Notes under the pieces: generated by a model
Told to the model about the DNA's origin: nothing
The model's input: the letters and a program-made list of their open reading frames with translations, nothing else
The model's database searches: none
Program-made: the position numbers and the translations under genes
Part shown: positions 11,191 through 22,887 of the stretch, piece after piece
How positions within the stretch are numbered: the first letter of the stretch is position 1
How the letters are laid out: the number at the start of each line of letters is the position of its first letter
NCBI RefSeq assembly: GCF_001194135.2
Contig: NC_068983.1
Span: 9,023,960-9,067,832 of the forward strand
DNA: 43,873 bases
Direction of reading: 5' to 3'
Origin: Octopus bimaculoides
Lineage: Eukaryota

Positions 11191-12933
11191 AGAGAAGGGG
11201 TGAGAGAGGTGTATCCTCTCCCTGGGTGCAAGCTACTAAAAGTTGCATGAATTGAAACTAAAGTAATAAAGTATGCCAGGTAAGGAGTTCAAACACATTG
11301 TAAAGAACGTTATCTGTCATAAGAGAAACACTTCAGCGGCCTAGGCTGTCAACTTACTTTTATTACATGTCATTGGATGCACTATTTAGAGGTTTAAAAT
11401 AGAAATATTCCGACTCATAATTACTCACTTGAATCAAACCTATACAGAAAGAAATGTGGAGAAATAGATACTAATTCACACTTGTGAATGAACAGCTACG
11501 TGCTTCATATATTCCTTATGAGAAGGTAAACATTACAAAAAATCGTTAATGATCTCAGTTTAACTCTTCCAATACTTTGACGGTTTCACACCAAAATATG
11601 GTATAACATCCATGCATATTCAGTCACTAAATTAAAACTCACTGAATTCGAACAAGTCAACGTATTATTTCGTACCTTCCAGTATACATAGGAAAGATGA
11701 TATAAGGAAATAGGGTGGAAATTATTATATAAATTAAAACGAGGAAAGGCATTCCTTGTCTCGCAAGTGATATGGCAATCTTACTAATAAATGTTTTAAC
11801 GAAAATATTTCACAAGTTTACCAAGTTCCCAAGTATAAAAGTTTGTTCGATCAATCAACGCTTATCGGAGCTTGCATAGGCAACAATTTAGATACAGAAA
11901 TACAAATGATCTGACACGACAGAAATTCAATGAATATAATAGCTAAATTTTGGTTAATAAAAAGACGTATAACAAATGTATCTGGCAACCGAAAGCTGAA
12001 TAAATTTAATGACATGGATGAAAGGGAAGAATTGCAAGGTATAGGTATTATTTCTCCTTTTATCGTTTGACCTGTATGAATTATATGTTGCTAAATTTTG
12101 GACTAATCACCGTCTGACCATCACATTTAAAAGTACGAAGCATATATCCAGTGAAAATTAGACAACAAAAACATGACAAGCAACAAATTGTTTTTAAATG
12201 CATACTATTCCAGCACAGATTATAAGAGAAATGTGTAAGTGGTACTTCATACTTAATAGTACGAAAACTGAATAATGCTAGACAGCATATCGTATCTCCT
12301 ACAACAGATTAGCCAGTATCGATCATAAGTGATACCAGATAAAAGGTTGATATAATCTCTCAAGCTCCGAAATAAAACTAAATAGCAAATGGATTTTGAT
12401 GAGTATGAGATAAGTTTGCAGACGTACGTTTAATAAACTTAATAAACGTAATATATGTTTATGAGATGTAAGCATGCGAACTTATTCAAAGCTAATAATG
12501 GAATTACATCACGGCTTCAGTACCACGAAAATACTTCGACGATTCTTATATGTGTGTGTATGTATGTATGTATGTATGTACGTATATCACTACTAAACAT
12601 ATTCGAATATTACATAAGTTGCGACGATAAGTTGCTAGTTTAACCGAATTACCTTTAACGTAATCCTCGTCACTATGTGTGACAAGGTTTAGCTTTTGAA
12701 TTAAAAATAAAATCTATTAAAAAGGCTTCTGCACAGTTTCAGTTTACATCCATCCAATTTGTTGTACAAATCTACGTTGGACTCGAGAAAACAGATACTA
12801 AGCATTAGTATGGAATACGGGACCTCGTGATTGACAATGATCATATCAATCGTTTTTTCATGTTCCCTCTATAAAATACCGAGCCATTGAATTACATCCT
12901 AAGTGGCTGAGTAGGATACGTTTGGAATGTTCA

Positions 12934-12980
<47 letters not shown>

Positions 12981-13239
12981 NNNNNNNNNNNNNNNNNNNN
13001 NNNNNNNNNNNNNNNNNNNNNNNNNNNNNNNNNNNNNNNNNNNNNNNNNNNNNNNNNNNNNNNNNNNNNNNNNNNNNNNNNNNNNNNNNNNNNNNNNNNN
13101 NNNNNNNNNNNNNNNNNNNNNNNNNNNNNNNNNNNNNNNNNNNNNNNNNNNNNNNNNNNNNNNNNNNNNNNNNNNNNNNNNNNNNNNNNNNNNNNNNNNN
13201 NNNNNNNNNNNNNNNNNNNNNNNNNNNNNNNNNNNNNNN

Positions 13240-13287
<48 letters not shown>

Positions 13288-13307
13288 CATATATATGTAC
13301 ATAAATA

Positions 13308-13426
13308 AAACGGTTGTCTTTCAGTTACCGTATATCAAATGCACGCACAAGGCTTTGGTCGCCTCGAGGCAACAGTAGAAGTTACTTACCCAAGGTGTCA
13401 CGCTGTGGGACTGAACCCGGAACCAC
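13308..13426 (-). mobile_element. SINE family A, partial
   Basis: The reverse complement gives gtggttccgggttcagtcccacagcgtgacaccttggg..., matching 42290-42400. Confidence 0.75.
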
Positions 13427-14685
13427 ATATATACGCCAATATGATTATATAAATGTAAGACACATTAATTAAGGAGATGGAAAGGCAAGTTTGAGGTGTA
13501 AATTAGATATCAATATGATATTCAATAGAATTGCTCTTGAAAATATTTGTATTTAAAATCGCTTATTCTAAAATGAATAGAAAAATTTCACATTTCTAAT
13601 ATCACCTGATAATGGAGAAGACATGTTGTAGTATCCAATCTAATACAAGAGTTTACGGTCTTAGTATGCGGCCGAATTGATTTCATTGAATTGCCAATTA
13701 ATTAGTGATTGATAAGCTCATATATCAATATTAAATTGGGGATAGCGTGCATAACAACCAATAGAATAATCAACACAAATAAGCCTGGACAGAAAAATCT
13801 CAAAAATATATGCATACATGCAAGAAGACGCAGTAAACTGTACAACAACACACGCTAGCAGTATTCACTGTTATTTGCTACAGACAAGAAATATCAAGTA
13901 AATCTCATTCAAAAATGTAGTCGGTAACAGAGATCACTATTTCCACATCGAAAATGTTATTCATCAATATCCTGCTTCCTTTAATCGAAGGTTCGTATCA
14001 GTTTTATCATACATGTATGTTCACATTATACACATACATTCTACTTCAGATACATAACCACACGTTTTATTTATATACAGACATTATACGTATAAATATA
14101 CTAACTTGCAAGTACGCACGTACATCCAGATCTATGCACAATCAAGCTAAGTCTCTGCAATCAATATTTGTTGTAGAAATCTGCTTTCACATAAGTTTCA
14201 GGATATTTCACGGTATTTCGAGTAACAACACCTCGTGACGCCGAGACTGAAGCCCTTATATGTGAACGATAACTTTATATTGGAAATCACTGTTCTTAAT
14301 AACTCCCTTTTCAGTGGTAAGAATTTATGCTTCAATTCTATTTTTATTACAGTACAAAAGAATATCTGCAGTTAAATTTGTATTTCGTGTTTTGTTCAAC
14401 CTATATTTCCTGTATTATTTTTATTGTAGTTGCTTTATTTATTTATTTATTTTTTTTTTTTGCAGATTTCATTTTTCTTTCTTATATCTTTGATTTTCTC
14501 TTGTTATCAAGAGGTTTTAGATTCTCCGGCTTTATGGCTGACCAAGTACATTCCCAGATGTATTTGCCGTTAATGTCAAATGTTTATAAACCATAAAAAT
14601 AATGATTTCACTGTCAAAGACAAAATGTGGCGGACGTGTGCTCTAGATTAAATATGTAGCGCTTTGAAGAGCTAGGCATTTAGAG

Positions 14686-14688
<3 letters not shown>

Positions 14689-14772
<84 letters not shown>
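14689..14772. repeat. (TA)n followed by (GATA)n microsatellite; similar arrays at about 1727-1780, 15715-15757, 21945-22005, 25400-25550, 31505-31588, 39280-39330, 43030-43500
   Basis: Directly visible di- and tetranucleotide tandem runs. Confidence 0.95.
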
Positions 14773-15074
14773 AAGAATTCCCAGCATACATATATGCATA
14801 CATATCTATAAATACATATTCCCTTTGCATGTGACAGTGAACTTGCTTCCTTTCTCTAGTTACTTACCTCTATCCGTCTCACCTTCTCTAATACTTTCTT
14901 ATATTCCACACTTCCCACATCCTCTATAATAAAACATGCAACGTCAGATTTGGCACGAGTACATTTATTTTAATTAGATTCACTGGATATTGTTCATACA
15001 TGGAGCAACAAGAAAAATTGAACAGTTTCCAATATATATCCACCTCTCTCTTTCAATGTATAAATATTATTTTG

Positions 15075-15130
15075 TTCTTTTACTGGTTTCAGTCATTTGA
15101 CTGCGACCATGCTGGAGCACTACCTTAAAG
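15075..15130 (-). mobile_element. Short retroposon 3' tail fragment
   Basis: gtgctccagcatggtcgcagtcaaatgactgaaaccagtaaaag; weak similarity to the LINE tail at 29765-29809. The motif is recalled as a common octopus repeat and was not verified. Confidence 0.45.
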
Positions 15131-15705
15131 GGAAGAAATCGCCCTGACTTATATATATATATATATATATATACAGTATGTACTTACATATATGAGACCA
15201 ACGTGTACATACGCCGCTATGTGTATAAAAATGAATACAAAAAATGGGACAAGAAAAAACAAGGACGGGTTATTCGGAGTTTTCTTTCGTTAGTCGAGTT
15301 CCAGATTAGATATGCAGTTTCGTGTGGTTATACGCGAGACTGCTCCAATCTGGTCAGCTCCAAGGAAAAACTAAGCTAATAGCACTAGATTCCTTAGAAG
15401 AAAGCAGCGGATGTATACGAAAACAAGGACGAGAAAAACGGAGAAATGGTACACAATTTCAAATGCAAACAACAGGTGCCTTTCGACTAAGGACCGATTA
15501 AATTAAGCTGGCGTGTGTGGAAATGAAGCCTTACGACAGGGACATAAGATGTGACAGGCATGGGAAGGAATATAGATGACGACAAAATCTCCGCATGACC
15601 CGTCCTTGTTCTTCCTTGTCCTGTTTTGTATCATCTGTCTGGATGATTTGCGTTGTTGTACTATTTTTTGTATTCCCTTATATATACATATGTGTGTGTG
15701 TGCTC

Positions 15706-15759
<54 letters not shown>

Positions 15760-15780
15760 TGCGCTCTTCTTTCATTATCA

Positions 15781-15920
15781 GTCTACAAAATGCACTTACA
15801 ACGTATTAGTCGGCTGGAGGCTATAGTAGGAGACATTTGTAAAAGGAGCCATGCAATGGGACTGAACCCGGAACCATGTGGTTGATAAGAAAGTTTCTTA
15901 CAACAGAGCCTCACTTGCGC
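15781..15920 (-). mobile_element. SINE family A, partial
   Basis: gggactgaacccggaaccatgtggtt and gaggctatagtag are reverse complements of the family A head. Confidence 0.75.
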
Positions 15921-17392
15921 TTACATATGTGTGTGTGTGTGTGTGTGTGCGTGTGCGTGTGCGTGTGTGTGTGTGTCTCTTATATTCCAATGTAAAACGT
16001 TTGTAATTTCTAACACAGATGAGATGTTTGAAATTAGTAACAATAGCTAAGGACATATTGCCATTCAATAAACACAAGTAGTCTCCTTAAGTAGATTCAC
16101 GGACATAATGCATAAATGGATATGATTGCATAAATGGATTTAATGCAGATAATCTATTAATTAGTTTGAAGAATCTTCCCACTTAAATACTTTCTGCAAA
16201 GAGAAACAGAAAAACGAGTAATCGAGTGGCAGTTGGCGTTGGTAAAACACATTTAGTAAAATTTAAACGATGGATGATTATGCAGCGACGAGATAAATGT
16301 ACTGACGACCTAAGAAAATTAATTAATCGGAAAGCAGAAAATTAGGGAGTCTATGTTAAGTGTTAACGTTTATTTTAACAATGAGCTTACAAGTTCTTTC
16401 AGTCAAAAGATAATCATGAGCAAAGTTTGATGCTCATTCCCTGATTACATATATAGGAACAACAACGTTTGTAGCTCAGTTTTTAGTAAATGTACAAAAT
16501 ATATTAACTTGTTGTTTTGATAAATTACAATATTATTACAGAAAATAGAGTGATAAAACGATGCTCTTAACTTGAAGACTGACAGAAAAATATGCTGACA
16601 GCAATAATTCAGTGTTTTTCATTGCTTTCAGTCCCAGTTGAGCTTTGATTCACCAGGCCTATAATCAAGATACTTCCAACTATAACTGACCCTTCATTTA
16701 TTAGATATTGCATTTTTAGGGTAGCTTAATGTATTAATAACTTTCTTCCAATTCATAAGATTAGGATGTCCTTGAGGGTAAGTTTCCATTGTTCGATGAT
16801 ATTTTAATTCGTTTGCAGAAAACGAATACCAGTGAAAAGTTTCAAAATTAGATTATAATCTTGGGGTATGACTGTATTGCGTGAATATTTTTAAGGACTG
16901 GATACAAGACGTAATCTGACCACCTTCTTGTAAAGTTTTATTGAGTTTTGGGGCACGAAGTATAGAAGGAATTTCTTCCTTTTTAGAATATTGTAACTTC
17001 GCTTCGATTTTTTGTTTTGTATTAGTAACATCTTGTTTTTTGGCGAGGGGGGGGGTTATAGAAAAAGGGACTGGGTGTGTATCGCTGTGTTTTATTTTTT
17101 ACATATTTCATTCATATTTGTTTCGTTTTTCCTCCTTTCAAGAATATTTTGAGTTCCATTATTACTTCCGTAGTAGCTGTCTAACTCTTCCCACATTTGT
17201 AAGGGTTATATATCCATGCCAAATCTGGGACGCTAAATTTGGAAAGCTGTTAATAGTTTCCTAAAATTAGTTTTAAAATTGTATGCAGAAGTTGTGATCG
17301 CAAGTATATTAATACCTATTGTCGTATTTCTAGTACCGAGTTTAATCTTATCTACATATTACTCTGACATTGCTGTACTAATTTCGTTTTAG

Positions 17393-17908
17393 GGATCTTT
17401 TTTAAAACGAGGGCCACATTTTTCATTAATGTTTTACGTAGTGTTTTTGGTACCGAAAGACTTTCAAACTTCGTACACTTATCTATTTTGTGTTATAGAA
17501 CAGAAAAATATTTTTGTATTCGAATTTATTTCATGTAAAAAATTGTCTTATTTCGATAATTTCAACCAATCACTGACAAGTATTCAGTTGTTTACATTTC
17601 ATAGCTTCGTTTTTCTTTTTTCTTTTTAAATTTGCTGTTTTACCCTAACCCTAACCCTATCACCGATAGAATTGTTTCAGAAGCGTTTGTTTATGTAGTC
17701 GGCACTTAATGTATATCGGCTGAATGGACGTCAGTGATTGGTTGAAATTACAGAAATACGACAACTTTAACATGGAATAAGTTAGGGATTTCTTTTTTTT
17801 TTTAAAGACCAAGAGAAAAAGATGTTTTATATGACACATTCTACCAGTGTTCCAAGTTTCAAAGTGTTTCGTTAATGAAAAATGTGGCCCCCGTTTTAAA
17901 AAAGATCC
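17393..17908. mobile_element. Non-autonomous DNA transposon (MITE) with 39-bp TIRs and an 8-bp TSD
   Basis: Left ggatcttttttaaaacgagggccacatttttcattaatg versus the reverse complement of 17870-17908 shows 2 mismatches. CGTTTTAG occurs at both 17385-17392 and 17909-17916. Confidence 0.9.
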
Positions 17909-18111
17909 CGTTTTAGTTCTATTCTTTAATTCTTTGTACCTCAATATATTTATACGTGAATCTCGCCCAATTTTATGGATTCAGTGACTGAATCTAATTT
18001 AATATTCATGTTCTTCGTTAATTTGCCTGTCATAGTAGGTTTGACACACATAGTTGTCCCATTCTATTCTCATTTTAGTATCTGCCTGGCTATATGAACA
18101 ATTTGATTGTG

Positions 18112-18510
18112 AAATAGTTGTATGCTGTCAACTTAATGTGACAGTCTCCTGTTGGTTAGACCTAGGAAGCTGCACCGCTTCCTGTCAGTCTTGACACATT
18201 TCGTGTGTCCTTATGTTTAAAAGGGGGAGTCAAGCACCTCCACCTAACTAAGCCTGCATCAAGAGACATGTTTCTGAGTCTTTGCTGATGACATGTTTCT
18301 GAGTCAGAATGATGACGAGCAAAGACTCAGAAACATGTCTCTGTATATAGGCTTAGCTGAGTGGAGGTGCTTGTCTCCCCCTTGTAAACATAAGGACACA
18401 GAAAATGTGTCAAGGCCGACAGGAAGCGGTGCAGCTTCATAGGTCTAACCAACAGTAGTATTCTTCCCTTCAGGGGACTGTCACATTAAGTTGACAGCAT
18501 ACAACTACTT
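18112..18510. repeat. About 400-bp fold-back (arms about 175-190 bp) centred on hammerhead-like sequence
   Basis: tagttgtatgctgtcaacttaatgtgacag ... ctgtcacattaagttgacagcatacaacta. Inner arms are 18262-18286 and 18318-18342. Confidence 0.9.
18305..18343 (+). ncRNA. Degenerate minimal type-I hammerhead motif
   Basis: CAGA-ATGATGA-CGAG-CAAAGA-CTCA-GAAAC-AT-GTC/TCTG. Stem I CAGA/TCTG, palindromic ACATGT helix III and a GUC site are present. C3 is changed to A and the first stem II pair is mismatched. Confidence 0.6.
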
Positions 18511-18868
18511 CATCGTATCACTACTGCATCAAACTCTGTGAGAGATTTAGAAATATATTATTTCTAAACTTTTATTGTATTTTTCAACTGACTGTTGTTT
18601 CTGATGGTCATTTCAAAATCATATATATCCAGGAACGTGTTTATAAATACTGTGTAACATTTATATAACAATTAGTGGTTTCATTCAATAGATTTCATAT
18701 TGAGGCCGAAATGGGGGCAGAGGAGTAGATGTGGATAATTATTGTTGTCGCTAGCATTATCCTCATCATTGTCATGCAATCAACAACTTTGGCTCGTTTA
18801 ATTTGTTGAATGCTGGACAAATCACACTGTGATATTATGAATTGTTATGTGCGCGCACGCACACACAC

Positions 18869-18918
<50 letters not shown>

Positions 18919-19138
18919 ATAATGTAAAATATTAAACAGACTGCACTATTCCCCATCAATTCCCCTTTCTGGCGAAGTTAAATGGTACGACTTTATTTAG
19001 CCTTGTCGTGTCTAGTTGTGAATTAATAACAATAGAACCAAATAGAATATAGTGAATGTCTAATTAAGAACAGTTTGAGACTAATGGAAAATTCAATAAT
19101 CGCAAATGTATTTCTAACTTTGAAAACTTAACTTTCAG

Positions 19139-19159
19139 AGTCCGAATTTATTCCAAGAG
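19139..19159 (+). CDS. Candidate 21-nt micro-exon of an unidentified host gene
   Basis: CTAAC branch point (19114-19118), ctttcAG acceptor, 21 nt open in all three frames, GAG/GTGAGT donor. Confidence 0.4.
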
Positions 19160-19778
19160 GTGAGTATTGCAAAATATATCCTGAGATTTTTCATTTGTCT
19201 TCCGAATTCGTCAAGATACTTGGGGTATATTTTGATTGTTAAAATATTTANNNNNNNNNNNNNNNNNNNNNNNNNNNNNNNNNNNNNNNNNNNNNNNNNN
19301 NNNNNNNNNNNNNNNNNNNNNNNNNNNNNNNNNNNNNNNNNNNNNNNNNNNNNNNNNNNNNNNNNNNNNNNNNNNNNNNNNNNNNNNNNNNNNNNNNNNN
19401 NNNNNNNNNNNNNNNNNNNNNNNNNNNNNNNNNNNNNNNNNNNNNNNNNNNNNNNNNNNNNNNNNNNNNNNNNNNNNNNNNNNNNNNNNNNNNNNNNNNN
19501 NNNNNNNNNNNNNNNNNNNNNNNNNNNNNNNNNNNNNNNNNNNNNNNNNNNNNNNNNNNNNNNNNNNNNNNNNATTATTTCCATAGTCTTCAAATTTTAA
19601 TATCAAAAGAAATACAAATAAGATATATTTAAAATATAATTATTTTCAGTGCTGTGCTTTTGAATTACAAATTGAATTAGAATAGCTGAATCAACTCCAT
19701 ATTCAAGGAATATTTTCGACACAGCTTTGCTGAATTTAAAGTTCATCCATTGCCAGAGGAAATTTTGCCGCATGTATG

Positions 19779-19819
<41 letters not shown>

Positions 19820-20509
19820 TATAAGCACAAGAAGGAGAACGGACCCACACTAGGAAAGGAATGCCATTTCCAATGGACGTTTGACTGTCTGTGTTTCGGT
19901 ATGATTCTCTGTAACGTATACCAACTGGTTTACTTCGAGGTAAATAGAGACATGGATCCCAATCCAGAAATCGGAGGGATGGTGCTTGTCAACGTGAGGT
20001 ACAATTACAAGTTCCGAGATCTGAAATAATGTGGTGTGTATATATTTTTCACACATGTTTGCATACTAGTGAGTTCGTTGGTGTATATACATATATATAT
20101 ATATATGATCCAAGAAAGTTAGGGGTTGTGAATCCAACCCACTAAGGGATAATATCTATCCAATATACTGCTGGGAGGATACCCAATTATTATTACACTA
20201 GTGTTTTTACCAAGTGCAGTAAGTGGGTGCGGGTAAAAGGAGATTTTACCCTAAATTTATATAGTAATAAGAAAATGGAGGGAATATGTGGTACTCATCA
20301 ACTTGCGAACACTGTACTTTGTTAATTAACCTATTTATTTTTCAAACAAAAGGACAATAAAGACAATATACAAACACATATGACACACTATGTCATTAAT
20401 TTTTAATTGTTGATATGGTGGTTGGGGACGGAGTCGATCTGATGTTGATTGAACCGTAATATTATTATAGTAATATTATCATGACTATTATTAATATTAC
20501 TATTATTAT

Positions 20510-20970
20510 TGAGTGAGAGAGCAGTGCATATCATCAAAGTGGCACTGGGGTAAAATATACGAAGCCCATTACACCCATCATGACTACCTGTCTGATAAGG
20601 CACACGAGGCACAAGCATCACAACCATATGTGCGCGACATGGTGATCTCCTATCAAGATAAACATCGCCTTACCTCGCAGGTGGGGCCCAGTTAGAATTT
20701 TCTTCAGGTCGAGTAGCCCATCCCTCTCAAAAGGTCCCTGAATAAGGTTTGTTTAAGGATGTTGAGCAAAACACCCATGTTTCCAAAAGTGAATTATTCA
20801 AGCTGCAAAGAATTCCTCTCAACACATGGCTATGATACTCCCTCTCTTCTTAAGATCAGAGATGTACATATCATCAGCCACTAAGGGACATGCTCAACGG
20901 GTTAAGGTCAAACAGCTGACAAGCAAATCTGTGGGATTGAGCAGAATATTTGTTGTAGCCCATCTTTTTA
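20510..20970. mobile_element. Probable interspersed repeat (unclassified)
   Basis: GC-richer non-coding block between AT-rich simple repeats. It resembles an abundant octopus repeat as I recall it; there is no second copy in the window. Confidence 0.4.
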
Positions 20971-21463
20971 TTATTATTAGTGTTATTAATATTATTATTT
21001 GTATTATTTTATTATTATTAAATTTTAAGTTTTATTAACTGAAGTATACCATAATACGGCTCACTCTTAAATCTAGTTACGTTTAATTAAATGAAACTTT
21101 ACTAGTTGGACTATTGATAGAAGATATTCAAAGAAAATTATGCAGAAAAAGAAAAGAACGTGAAATATATAAATATTTAAACAAAAAATACCACAGGCGT
21201 CTCCTTCGAAACGACAGAAGGATAATGGATTATAATGGTTCGATGTATGAGAATACAACAAACTGTAGACATAACAGAATAGATAAATACCTTCAGGCAA
21301 GATTTCAACTCTCAGAAAAGCCTACTTACGTGTCCAAAGAAATGAAAAACGACATTACACATTTCTGCTACATGTATATCTTGAAATTATTTACACGGAG
21401 ACATTTCGATATAAATACACGTGTGCGTGTGTGTGTCTATATGAGTGCATATGCACACACACG

Positions 21464-21494
<31 letters not shown>

Positions 21495-21938
21495 CTACGC
21501 ATACAAAAAAAATTGTGGATATCATTTCACGTACTGTTACCAATATTTGAACATATTTATCAAATATATAGGTTCAAATCTGACTTGGGGGAGATTGAAG
21601 ACTACAATATTTATTGCTTTCTGTTTTCCTAATATATTTCCTTCACAGATTCAAAACATGAATAACACTAACATCTAATACTTTATACATACTATTCAAA
21701 ATTCACCTTTATGGGAGTTCAGAAAGTTAACATCACCAAACTCGACGAAGCAAAAGTATTTATATCTGTATTTCTTTTACATCTGAAAAGTTTCCATCGA
21801 GGTATTTACCGTGGAGGTAAAAACAAAACTACCGCTAGTTTACAAATAAATATAGAAAACTATAACTCGAGTTGGAATGTGTGAACTGTTATTAAAATGA
21901 TACTATTTCAAATGCACGTTGTAAACAATATATGTGCT

Positions 21939-22007
<69 letters not shown>

Positions 22008-22846
22008 CACATATATATATTGAATACTTTCAAATTTTATAAATATATATATATATATATATANNNNNNNNNNNNNNNNNNNNNNNNNNNNNNNNNNNNN
22101 NNNNNNNNNNNNNNNNNNNNNNNNNNNNNNNNNNNNNNNNNNNNNNNNNNNNTAAATGATAATATTTTTTAAGGTTGAAGCTCATAAGCGATCACCGTGC
22201 ATTGACTGATGTAATAGTCTAATATTGGGGCGTATAAGCTCTCAACAGAAAAAAAGATTGTTTGCCGTAGGCATGGAAGCACAAACTATGCATACAGCAA
22301 ACACTATTTTTTATTGACAATGGCTTATATGCTCTAATATTAGACAATTTAGAATATTTAATTTAGTCAGTGCTTATGAGGTTTGAGCTTATGAATTATT
22401 ATTATTATTTACAGAATTTCAAAATTAGACACCGCTTACCAAATAATCGCATTTACATATACATGTGTATGTAATATACATGCATGTGTGTTTCCGTGCG
22501 TGTGTGTGCGTGTATGTATAAGACTGACCGTCCTGGTGTAAGAGAAAGAATTAAAAAGTCTATAGTACACATTCATTCTTTCAAAGTCGAATACAAGAAA
22601 AATAAGACTCACACACACACACACACACACTTATAAGTGATCCACACTGGTTTGTGTAGTTATTTTCAAATCCCTTTACCTTCGCATAATTCGTGCAATC
22701 TCTTTCAAAATGGGGGCAAGCGATTCGATTGAATAATTCTGGTGATGTCTTCCCCTTGAAAGAATCGGTTGTGTCATTCCACAAGCAATATATTCTTATA
22801 CATCAATGCTGTTTTAAGCAACGACCTTCATTTTACGATCGTATCG

Positions 22847-22887
<41 letters not shown>

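Noticed and set aside
14202-14316. Possible + strand exon (tttcag...gtg/gtaaga)
   Set aside because: Stops in all three frames.
21649-21750. Strong-looking acceptor ttccttcacag
   Set aside because: All three frames close within 30 nt and there is no convincing donor.
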